Below are positions 12,101 to 23,577 of a DNA stretch of 64,000 nucleotides, piece after piece. A program made the position numbers and the translations under genes. The first letter of the stretch is position 1; each line of letters begins with the position of its first letter. The notes beneath the pieces are model-generated. The model saw only the letters and a list, made by a program, of their open reading frames with translations. It had not been told where the DNA came from and did no database searches. Source of the stretch: Mytilus edulis (taxonomy: Eukaryota); NCBI RefSeq assembly GCF_963676685.1, contig NC_092344.1:90458001-90522000 (forward strand). Reading direction: 5' to 3'.

Positions 12101-15100
12101 AGCATGGTAACAAATGCTACCGTTCTTTTCTAATAAACTGTCCAATGGTATAGCAATTTTAACAAAAACGAATGTTCCAATTTTCCTAGTCAAACATGGT
12201 TTCGGAGAATTTGAGATTTTATATCGTTTTTTTTCATAATTATATTACTCCCATTGCCTTTGTATATCTAAGAATTTTCAACAGTTTGCTCTAAACGTTT
12301 AAGATGCCATGTCTAGAAAAGAAAAAAAGCCAACTTTCAGCAATTTCAATGTATAAAATGCATGATTTAAATATAGCTTTATGGAGACATCCTTCTCACA
12401 TGTATATATGCTTTTTGATAAACGAAAATAGTTCTGAAAAATGTGATTAAAACTATTAAACATGAACGCGAACTCAATCATTCTTACCTATTAACTTGCG
12501 TTCTAGTTTGACCTTTACAAACGAATGAACGAATTTATAAAACTCGCCATCGCTGGCTAAGTACTGGAGCATGTTTTGACTTGGTAACGGCACAAGGACC
12601 TTGTCAATCACATGGATAACACCATTTGTTGCGTTTTGGTCAGTAAGTAAAACTTTACTTCCATCTATTACTATTTTCTGAAGAAATATATAGATATGAA
12701 TAGTCAAAGATTATCGGTCCAGGTTTTAAAAGAAAATAAATAGTTCCATATATGTTAATCAGTAAAAAGGAGTCAATTGAATACCAGACAACAATTTTAA
12801 TTTTGTGCGGGGTTAAAAAAAAATTTGTAATCTCAATCCTCAACTTTTATTATCAATCAATAAAACACCTTTTACTATCAATCAATAAAACAACACAATA
12901 TGCATAATATTAATAGGTGTACAATGAGAATCATTATGCCCGCGTCACACTGTCCCGATTTTTACGCCGATGGCAACACGATAATGGAAATTTTCAAAAT
13001 CGGGACTGATCGTATCCAGATCGGGCTATTCGTAGTGCCATCTTTAACCATCTTTAACCATCGGCCACTTTTTCTAGCCTTCGGGGACAACTTCGGGAAG
13101 GGTTCTAAATTTTTTAACATGTTAAAAAATCCCCGAAGGTGCGTCCGATGTTGAGGGTTCGTATTGAGTTCGTATCACCATCCTCACCATCGTAATGTCA
13201 CCGGGAATGCATCTTTGCACATCGTATTGCATTCGTGTTTCCATCGTTTCCATCGGGCAGTTTTGACATTGCGATGTCTACACGAATGAATCACGAAGAT
13301 ACCCGAGGGTCTTACGATGGCAACACGACTTCGTGAAGACCTCGTAATCCCGTCGTGTTGCCATCGAATAAGAGTACGAAGGCGACAAGATGGAACTACG
13401 ACGGCAATAAATCCAGCTAAATGTAAAAGTTAATTTTCGCGCTAAAATACATTTAAAGTGCCATGCGCGATATGCACTGGTCAGTCTAATACGACAGTTA
13501 AGAAAGACGTTCACAAAATATGGAGCTCATATCATATGATTCTATGAGAACAAGAAAGGCGACAGCGTTGTTTCTATTAATTCAAATGGAACAAGAAGAG
13601 CAGCTATTACAGGCACAGGATTTACTTTTACAAGTAAAATATTATTTTTTTGTCAATTTTTCATATCAAGTGACATAATGAAAATCATAAACGCGCCTCG
13701 TACACCAACACTGCAGGTACACGTATATAGGGAAACCAACTTTTTCTGATTTTTTTTGTATCGTCTGAGTTGTTGTCACACGAATGTTTACTCCATAACC
13801 ATTTTGTTTTCTATATGTCATATTTTGCCGCATTTGTTGCTTTCCCCACATCCTTCCTTTTGTCTATATTATTATGATATTCTCCTGGAAAGAGCTCTTT
13901 TTTTTCTTCTTAAAAGGGATCAACGAACCCATTACCTTACCTTTAAGATAGATCAGTAAACATGGGCATAATTATGGGTGATTATTCAGACTAGTGCACA
14001 CATTTTACAGTTCAAACAAGGCAATGCCGAGCGTGGTATCCCCTCGTATGTAACATATTGGGGACAAATATGGACACTATATTTGTATATGACACATGCA
14101 GAAAATTGTAAATTGAATATGCATATTTGATACATAAACTATTTTTTAGAAATCAACCAAAACATTCAGTAACTGGAAATACCTTTAATATTGTCTTTAG
14201 AACCAGCAGGTTAAAAATGAGCAACCAATTTCCTGTGTATTATGCTATTTCAAGGAGAAAAAACAAGTCCATCTGCATGACCTTGACCTTTGGTCTTGAA
14301 CGTAAAAAATGTCAGATCATTACAAGAAGGAACAATATACCAAATGTGGTTAAAATCTTTTGAAGCATATTGGTTTTAGAGTGTCCACAAGGGCGGTATT
14401 GCCTTGTAATACAACTGCCACTGTGACCTTGACCTTTGAACTTTAAAGTCAATAGCGCTTAAGATATTCTTAACGAGTAACACCATACCAAGTTTTGAGT
14501 ATTTTGATTCTAGAGTGTCCATAACAATTGTATCTACACGCAACTTACATGTAGTAGGCGAGGGGATAATAAACTAAGTTTTATAAGAATTAGACAAAAA
14601 GATCGATTTCCCGCCATGCATGGCAGACTTGTACAGAAACGATATGTTGTCGAAATTCTGTTCGTATCTTTTAGACATCGTATGGCCATCGCGCCATCAT
14701 CGTAATCCATCGTGTAGCCTTCGTAATCCATCGTGTAGCCTTCGTGATCCATCGTGTAGGCTTCGGCTGAGATATGAAGCTTAAATACCCGTCTTCGGTT
14801 AACCTTCGTATGTCCATCTTTTGCTATCATATATAATTTCGGCACCATCGTATAGACTTCGTTATTCATCGTACTTGCTTCGGTCACTTTTTGGTATTTT
14901 AACGAGATCGGGACCAACTTCGTACGAACTTACAATTTTCGCATTCGGGTGTCCATCGTATATAAAAATCGGGACAGTGTGACGCGGGCATTAGAGAAAA
15001 TAGCACCAAATTTCCTTTAAATGGAAACCTAAACAAAGCACAAAAAAAAAATAGTAGCGCGTGGAAGAGGGCTCGCAGTTGCTGAACGGAAATTTAAAAT

Positions 15101-17542
15101 ACTTTCCCGGCTGATATTAACCATGCCGTCCCACATAGATGAATAAGTGATGGAGATAATCCATCGTTCGATATTGGCGAGTAAATGACAAGATACAAAG
15201 CAGACTGATTCAGTTATGTTTGATGGCATACAACACGGTTTCATTGTAACAAACTTTCCGTATAGATGATGAAATAATTTTTTTTCGTGATTTTTACGAT
15301 AAATTTTTACAACCGACGAAACTCTTTTTTCCTTGACGTCATAATATTTACCTTATTATAAAGGTTGATCCTAACTTTCATGTTATTGTTAAGGGTGGGT
15401 ATCCTTTTCTCATTTTTTAACTCCTTGGTATATATCTTCCAGCTTAGTATATGGAACAAAAGTACAGACTTTAACAGCTCCTTGTCTTTCATTATCTTAT
15501 TTAATACACCATCTGCTAAAGCATCAAATGCATTATCTGTTGGTACAAAAACTGTAAACGGACCTGCAAATCATACATAAAAATTTAAAACACATTGAAA
15601 AAGTCGAAAAATACTGTATATGTGGTATCTGTTTTGAGGTACTATATATAATGAAACCCCTTGGAACGGGTACTAATTTAAAGCAACTTCAAGAGACAAA
15701 ACGTTGCTTATCCCACCTTTTTAAAAAGATATGATCTAGCCAGTGTTTATGAATTGTCATGAACTTACTAATACATTTTGTGAGTAAACTTCAAGGTCAC
15801 AAAATTATGTGATCGTGATAAATTAGGACGGCAGTATAGTTTACCCGGTGTTCAAATCTCGTAAATGAATTAGAAAATAGTAAAATCACAAAAATTCCTA
15901 ACTCCGACGCAAAATCAAAAGCTCAAACACATCGAACTGTCATGTTCCTGACTTGGAACAGGCATTTCCTCATGTAGAAAATGGTGGATTATACCTGTTT
16001 TATAGCTTGCTAAAATTCTCACTTGTATGACAGTTGCATACAATTTCATTATAATGACGACGATGTGTTAACAAAATCAACAGACATAATAAGTAAAAAT
16101 GTCAAAAATAGGGGTACAGCAGTCAATATTGTGTTATATCTTAATCACTATGAAACAAACAAATATGTAAACAAACATTTACCATGGCACAATAAAACAA
16201 TGGCGGAATGTATAAGTACAGAGCCACATCAAAACACGAAAAGGCATATAGACAAAGCATATTAACAAAAATATAAGAAAAGATTTCAAAAATTATCATA
16301 GAAAAAACACAATGTTTAAGAAAAAAACCCGTCAAGGTAACAAACAAGAACCGAAAAAATCGCATGAATTTCAAAAGGAGCGGGACCCTTTACGTAATAA
16401 GTGATAGTGACATAAATCTTATGTAGACTAAGTATTGATTTCAGTCCTTTTTCCACATAACTCTGTTGGAGCAGTTTTTGTGTAAGAAGCATATTAGAAG
16501 CACACCCCGTTAATGAAAGCCAAAGAATGTAAACATGAACGAGCTTAACGTATCAACTTACATTTGTTAAACGCTATACGATGAAACAGAAAGTATGTTA
16601 CTGCTACTACCGGTAAATGGGAATTGACAATTGGAAAGTTGAAATCATCACGATTGACATCGATTTTAGTTTGAAGTAGTCTAGATGTATCACTATTGAG
16701 GAAACGACTAAGATATAAGGAGGACCTTCTGTACCTTTGCTATGATCATTAATCGCAAGTTCACTTTGATATATAGGATTTACACACTCATTGAAATGTG
16801 GTAAAACTGGGATTGCAAATTGACGGTTTCGGCTTTTCTGTTACGTGTAAAGAGCATTGTGGTTTATATGCTCTCCAACGTTTTATACATAGATTTTTTC
16901 ATATTACATTAACGGTACCAATTTTCCTGCACCAGATGCGCATTCGACAATACAATACATGTCTCTTCAGTGATGCTCGTGGCCAAAATATTTGAAATCC
17001 AAAGCCTATATAAAAGATGAAGAGCTATGATCCAAAAGGTCCAAAAAGTACAGCCAAATGGATAGCATGAAAGTTATACCTAAATCACGCGTTGTCTTTT
17101 TAAAACGAGTGTTTATGCTGTTACAAATTTTATATTTTTGCTTTTAACGGGTTCTTGAAACACGATGTATTCACATATTGTACACATAGACATATGTATC
17201 ATACGTTTTAAATATGTACTACATGCATAAAATATGTAGCTAGTTTTTAATAACGGTTTCTTGTAGCATTTTCATTTCTGAACCGAGTGGGTATCAAAGT
17301 TGCCAAATGTCTATTCCTATGAATGTAAACATTAAATATTACTATATGTAGTTTATAAGTGTATTTGTACAAGTTCTAGAGATATAAATACTCTTACCTG
17401 TACCAGATAACATGTCAGTTAGTCCAACATCGTCTAGTAGCCTAATGAATTTTAGACCATTCAATTTTTCAGCTAGTTCAGGTATTGTTTCTGCACTCGA
17501 CAACCCGAAATACGCAATGATAATACAAATTAATGTTTTCAT
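9119..17542 (-). CDS. Secreted two-FAS1-domain fasciclin protein, copy 1 (TGFBI/periostin-like), 286 aa
   Basis: Exons 17542-17398, 15563-15352, 12677-12488, 11788-11690, 10927-10817, 9222-9119; all GT-AG, 861 nt open, stop TAG. Signal peptide MKTLICIIIAYFGLSSA. H1 motifs GPFTVFVPTDNAF and GPFTLFAPTDTAF; H2 motifs NGVIHVIDKVL and NGVIHVIDTVLLP. Confidence 0.93.
12937..14990 (+). mobile_element. PIF/Harbinger-type non-autonomous DNA transposon in intron 2 of FAS1 copy 1
   Basis: 28-bp TIR TGCCCGCGTCACACTGTCCCGATTTTTA and TTA TSD on both sides (TWA is characteristic of PIF/Harbinger). Many CCATCG subterminal motifs; an exon-like piece at 13520-13633 (MELISYDSMRTRKATALFLLIQMEQEEQLLQAQDLLLQ|gt). 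Confidence 0.85.
14015..14530 (+). mobile_element. HINE/pearl-like (Helentron-derived) repeat nested inside the Harbinger element
   Basis: Starts AAACAAGG; repeated TGACCTTGACCTTTG cores at ~14278 and ~14424; family assignment by recognition only. Confidence 0.5.
15876..16270 (+). repeat. Interspersed repeat family B (AGTAAAAT...CAAAATCAAAAGCTCAAACACATC...CCTGACTTGG)
   Basis: Copies at ~37975-38040, 39425-39830, 57345-57425, and inverted at ~48680-48790 and ~54900-55390. Confidence 0.75.
16910..17060 (-). mobile_element. Retrozyme-like fragment with hammerhead motif, in intron 1 of FAS1 copy 1 (sense orientation)
   Basis: Minus strand: GAGCATCA-CTGAAGA-GACA(TGTATTGTAT)TGTC-GAA-TGCGC(ATCTG)GTGCA-GG. 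Confidence 0.65.
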
Positions 17543-18835
17543 AGCAACTACAAGAGTTTTTGGAAACAAGTCTTCCAAAATTATATGACCTTTTATCTCG
17601 TACGGAAGTCACGACAGACGACATCTTAGTGACGCTAAGATAAAATTGTCTTATCAAGATTGCGCAATCGTCACATGTTGACAAATCAACATTATCAAAC
17701 TGTATTTTTCACATATTATTAATAATATATATCTTTATTCTGTCAAACCTGTACTCATTTTATTAATCGAGTCAATACGCGTATATTTGGAACAAAAATA
17801 TATTTAAGATGTAATTTTTTTAGGTTCTTTTCGTTTTTGATATAAAATGACTAAACACATACTACTTTACACTTTCAGATAGGAAACTCATACCATTCTA
17901 AACCACATCAGAGGACCGAAACTGTTTTCTGGATTTACGTTACGTCCAAAGCCAAATATCTGAAAGCCAAGTATGTTTTAGAACCGGAACAGTTCACGAT
18001 CTACATCACAAAAAAAAACCATATAATAGCGAAAATCCATCTTAGCCCGCAAAGGATGTTGAGACCTTATTTCGTATCTTTCAAAATGTATTAACGGACA
18101 AATTTCGAAGGATTTGTTATACATCATGATTGATTGTCTACTAGCAGAGGTATAAACCCAGTGCTGTAAAAATGATAACAACACTTTATAAATTGCATTC
18201 CTCCGCAGCGCTTTGAAAGTGTGATTCAAAACGAAGTAAAGACTGCTGTTTAAATGTTTGCAAACACACAGACTATAGATGTTGAATAACACATTGCGAT
18301 TTATCTGATTTTTTGCATCATTCAAAATCTTGTTTAGTTAATGCCATTATCAACATAGGAAAACGGAAAATTACTAGTAACAGTGAATTATTTTTTAGAT
18401 AAAAGAGCCAATCATTTTCCTAAATGCACTATATTTCATATATCAAAACACGTATTTGTAGAAAGAAATCTTTTTAATAACGAAAAGACAACAATCAATA
18501 AAATAACATTTTGAAGTACAAATGAGGTTTGCAGACTTTCTCACATTGTTCTATTTAATCGAGTATAGTTTATTGTTGCGCATATTTTTCAACACATTAG
18601 TATATTCTGACGGTAATGATACTCGATCTGTATGATTATATACATGAAAAAACCCATACATATCATTTTGGTTAAATGAAATGATTCTCTGTTGAGAATT
18701 GTATAGAAGTTGCAGACATTACAATTGTCGATTGTGTGCTATATGAGACAAGAAGAACACACAGTTCAATTAGCTTACTGAAAATAATGGTTCATTTTGA
18801 TCTGCGCCAATTTTGAATCATTACTTTTTATTCTA

Positions 18836-21800
18836 AAAGAAGGATGAAAGATACCAGAGGGACAGTCAAACTCATAAATCGAAAATAAACTGACAACGCC
18901 ATGGCTAAAAGTGAAGGACAAACAGACAAACAATAGTACAACTGACACAACATAGAAAACTAAAGAATAAGCAACACGAACCCCACCAAAAACTGGGGTG
19001 ATCGCAGGTGCTCCGGAAGGGTAAGCAGATCCTGATCCACATGTGGCACCCGTCGTGTTGCTCATGTTTTAACAAATCCGGCAAATAGTCGAATTCGGTA
19101 GGTCACATTCATGTAAGGGAAAGCGATTTTAGTTACAACGTAAGGAATATATCCGATATCATCTGTGAAACGGTTATTCCATAACTGTCAACCAACTCGT
19201 GATGGCGTTCGTAAAATTTACGAAGGGATGATTTCAACTTCACCATTTGGAACTCTTCGTTTAATAGCTTCCTTATAAGCAGCAACCCTCTATAAAGAAA
19301 ATTATGATAGGAAATACAAGCACGGGAATAACGTATCAATTGGGAGATATAAACCCCGTATGCAAGCGCTGATGGAATGTTGCTACATAGAAATGGAAAT
19401 TTCATAATTGGAAAGCTGAAATCATATCTTTTGTCGTAAAGTTTTGTTTTCAACCGACCCTCATTTTCAATTTCTAGATGTTAGTCAAGATATAAGACCG
19501 ACTTAACTGTATCTGTTCGATCCTTTGTTTTTAGTTCGATTGGATAGATGCGTTCAAAATAGTCACAAAATTTTGAGTTATTTAGACAGAGAACATCATT
19601 TATATAGTGGAACATAAAGTTAAAGGATATTGCTTACTTCTTATTTTTCTTTCTAAGAAGTTCCTGTATGAAGTCAGCCTCATAATAATGAAGAAACAAG
19701 TCGGCGAGAAGAGGGGCACAATTGATTCCCATTGGAATGCAGACAGTCTGTTGAAAAACACGTCCTCCGAACAAAACAAATATGTTGTCAATCATAAAAT
19801 CAAGCATCTTGATAATGTTAGATTCAGAGATTTTTTTGTTTAAATCAGAGTGATCCTTTACAAAGTAGGATTTATCCCTCCCTAAGACAAGTGACTTTTA
19901 TCTACGTTGGCCATTCTTTTTTATGAAACAAAGCAATACCAACTCTTTCAATTTGTCTTTTAGTTTGGAATGTGGAATATTTGTGTAAAGTGTAGAAAAG
20001 TCAAATGTTTAAATAGTATATTGCAAGATGAAAGAGATTAAATTGTATGTACTCTAAAAGATCTTTGGAATTTTTTAGTATCCATATATGATTCACGCCA
20101 CCTCTAGAATAGGCAGTTTCACAATAACTTTAAAACCTGGCTTTGATTACTGATAAAATAGATGTTAATAATTTAGAAAGAGGTTTCGTGGAGCACTTAG
20201 AAGACCCAGCAATATACCGTTGTTTGTAAGGACACTTATTTATGGCAATGTCAAAGCAAAAGTTAAAACAACTGATGGATTATCAGAAACTTTTACATGT
20301 AATTCTGGTGTGAGACAAGGTTGTACTTTAAGTCCTTGGTTATTTGCAATGTATATAAATGAACTTGCAACTGAAATTGAGAACAGTGGTGGAAATGGCA
20401 TCTTTATACATGAGAACTTTCATAACGTTATGCTACTACTCTTCGCAGACGATCTTGCACTTATAGCCGATACACCAATTGATCTACAGAGAAGATTAAA
20501 CAATTTAGAAAAGTATTGCGAAAAGTGGAATATGACTATAAACATGGACAAATCAAATATTGTTGTATTTAAAAATGGAGGTAAATTATCTAAAAACGAG
20601 AAGTGGTACTTCAATAATGAACCTTTAACAGTTGTCAGTTATTATAAGTATTTAGGAATATATTTTTCCAATAGACTGAAATGGACTTACTGTTGCAAAA
20701 CATTACGAATGCAGTGTGAAAAGGCTCCGAACATGATAAAACATTGTATGTGTAAACTTGGAACTAGAGATATAAATCTTGGATTTAAGTTATTTGACTC
20801 TATGGTTGCTCCAATTCTTTATTATGGTGCAGAATTATGGGGAACAGAGAAAGTGAAAGACATTGAAACTGTTCAAAATAAATTTTGTAAATGGCTACTA
20901 GGAATGGGCCAAAAGACTAATAATCACATAGCAAGAGGTGAATGTGGCCGTCATGAACTATATATAAATTATGCGTGTAAACCTATTAAGTATTTTCTAC
21001 ACTTACAATGCATGGATGATAACAGACTTCCAAAACTATGCTATCGTATGATGTTTAAAATGAATGAACATGGACGTTTAAATTGGTGTTCTAAAGTGCA
21101 AAGACTATTATTTTCAAATGGATTTGGTGTTGTATGGGAAAGTCAAAGTGTTGGAGATGCAAAATTGTTTTTACATTTATTTAAACAGAGACTTACAGAT
21201 ATAAACTTACAATCTTGGTCAGATTATATTGGCAACTCATCAAAGTGTGCTTTTTATTCAAAAGTTAAGGATTATATTTGTATAAATGAAAATATACAGA
21301 AACTGTCATATAATCTTAGATATGAAATTTTTTCAATTTTATGTTCAAACCATAAGCTAGCTATTGAACAAGGTAGACATGAAAACCAACCAAGGGAAAA
21401 TAGGTTGTGTAAAATTTGTAATACAAATGAAATAGAAGATGAATTCCATTTTGTACTAGTTTGTCCAATTTTGGCTGATATAAGGAGAAATTTTTTACCA
21501 TCATGGTGTCAAAGTAATTGTAACAGAGACACTTTAACTAGTCTTTTTAGAACAGAAAATTTAATTACTTTGAAAAATCTGGCTGTATTTTTGAAAAAAG
21601 CTAAATGCTGTAGAGAAGAAGTCTTGTCACTATGACTTGATCAAATGAATATACTAAACATGCTAAATAAATAAATAAATAAATAAATTTATTACAAATA
21701 CAAGTTTATAAAACTTTTTGAAAATTAATAGATATATATATATATATATGTTGGTAATATTTGTGTGTTGTATTGTTTAATATATGTTATTATTGAACTG

Positions 21801-22121
21801 TAGTTGATATTAAAATGTGAATTTATAAGTGTACCGTGGGCTGGAGGCCTGTTTTTGTACAATAAACTTGATTTGATTTGATTTGATTTGATTTGATAAG
21901 GACACTTATGTAGTTTAGGTATCCAATACAGTGATGGAATATCCAGTTCTTCATCTTTGTCCGAAATTCCAAAGGAACATAGAACAGACCTTTGATTATC
22001 CAGGATTTACTCTTTGGTAAGTGTCGTGAGGGTATATGTTGAGTTTCCAAGTAATTTGTCAGTACTTAATTCGTTTATCAAGCAGTTAATGTAATGAGTT
22101 TTACACACCAAAACGATGTTG
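18836..22121 (-). mobile_element. Decayed, 5'-truncated Penelope-like retroelement (RT pseudogene), interrupted by a LINE
   Basis: Minus-strand RT motifs SLYWIPKLHKCPYKQRYIAGSSKCSTKPLS, IPMGINCAPLLADLFL, FHYINDVL (catalytic YIDD mutated to YIND) and KLYDKRYDFSFPI...AYGVYISQLIRYSRAC, with frameshifts and stops; 3' end ...CTCTGGTATCTTTCATCC at ~18840. Confidence 0.85.
20240..21896 (+). mobile_element. 5'-truncated non-LTR retrotransposon (RTE-X-like LINE) with an intact ORF2 3' part
   Basis: Open frame to 21635 with GVRQGCTLSPWLF, LLFADD, YKYLG and a C-terminal CKIC-x8-H-x4-C motif; AATAAA at 21861, then a (TTTGA)n tail; 13-bp TSD TAAGGACACTTAT at 20227-20239 and 21897-21909. Clade label tentative. 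Confidence 0.92.
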
Positions 22122-22667
22122 TATGTTACAAGTTTGAACATTTTGATAGGTCAGTCATGCATTTTTAAATGAATTTTTCCAAAAAGGGAGGTAATTTTGA
22201 CTGACAATTCTATAAAGGGAGGAAGCGACTGTATTATGGAAATATAAACATGATTGGCAAACAGTTGAGACTGTAAAAAAAAACAGAATTGCGAAAGAAT
22301 AACTGCTCTGTTCTGTTTCGTACATAGCCTTCATACCTCGCAATGATATCCCAAATGATTTGTTGGAATAACTGAAATGGGATTTTTTTCAACTTTTTGA
22401 CAAATTTAAAGATAATCACCAAAACATCTGAAAGACGTAGAAGCTTGATTTGAAGATGTTTTAATAAAGGTACAGGTAATGTAAATTTAACTGAGTTTCG
22501 TACAAACATCTATGAAATAGACCAAGGGCAAACATGTTTCGTTTTGGAGATGTATTATACATGTGGATTTATGTCACACTTTTAAATGTCCATTTGACTT
22601 GATAAATGCAAAAAATCTTAAATTTTAAGCAGATTGATAATATAAACATATCTTCAAACTTATAGTA

Positions 22668-22925
22668 TGTAACGCCAGACGCGCGTTTCGTCTACTTATA
22701 ATACTAATCAGTTGAACGCTCGAACCAAATCAGTTGTAAGGCTATATCAAATACTAAGTTGAAGAATATTGAAAACAATAAATCCCGAAAAGTTGTGTTA
22801 AATGCGGCGATGACAATATATGCATTGGGTAAGAATAGTGTTTTGATTAATTTAGATTTATGTAAAAGGATATTTTGTAGACCGTATCATGGATATTTCA
22901 TGTCAACACAGAAGTGCTGGTGATC
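22668..22925 (-). mobile_element. Retrozyme-like repeat with a near-canonical type I hammerhead motif (probably inactive)
   Basis: Minus strand reads CTGATTA-GTATTATAAGTAGAC-GAAA-CGC GCGTCTG GCG-TT; the body carries the family motif AGCACTTCTGTGTTGACATGAAATATC. Confidence 0.7.
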
Positions 22926-23492
22926 AACTGCACGAAACAATTCAATAACAAAGAGACATATCAATTTGCCTTCCTGCTGTTATGATTAGAGAGGAACTGA
23001 TTATAGCCTTATTAAGATGTAACCCGTGTTCTTAATAAAAAGCCTGGTATCGTTGAAGATATTTTATATTGAAAGGCTAACAAGAGAACAAACATCAATT
23101 GTTGATTGCCGTACGGAACCTTTTAGCTGCTTACTTTTACGTCATTTGATCTGTAGTTAATCGTGCCATATCTTTTTTAATACACGCAGCGAACAATTTA
23201 AAAAACAAAACTAAATCAAGACCATAAGTGATATGCGTTTGTCAGGAAGAGTATTCATTTGAGTTGTTTAATATTTGTTTTCTGTGTAGAGGTTTTTAAA
23301 GACTGTTGTAATATTGTTTGTTAAGGTTTGTTTTTTTGCTAAAGTTTTTCATCCGTTTTTGCTTTTATTGCTCCCTTCTTGTCTCCTAGCTATTTTTGGG
23401 ATGACAAAGAAATCAAATCCACCATATCTATATACCAACCTCATTGCTTAAAGTTTGTCAAAACATAAACAATTCTAATCAATTTTTAAAAA

Positions 23493-23498
23493 TTTATT
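23493..23498 (-). terminator. Polyadenylation signal of FAS1 copy 2
   Basis: AATAAA about 80 nt after the stop; positionally conserved in copy 3 (36078-36083). Confidence 0.55.
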
Positions 23499-23577
23499 AA
23501 AATATTTTATAAACATCAACAAAATATATAACAATTAATAGATAATATAACTGTATTTACAATAACATTATGTTTTC

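Noticed and set aside
14534-14917. 127-aa ORF with YTMDYEG repeats
   Set aside because: Arises from 21-bp subterminal repeats of the Harbinger element.
20220-21635. 471-aa ORF as a host gene
   Set aside because: It is truncated LINE ORF2; its start comes from flanking/TSD sequence.
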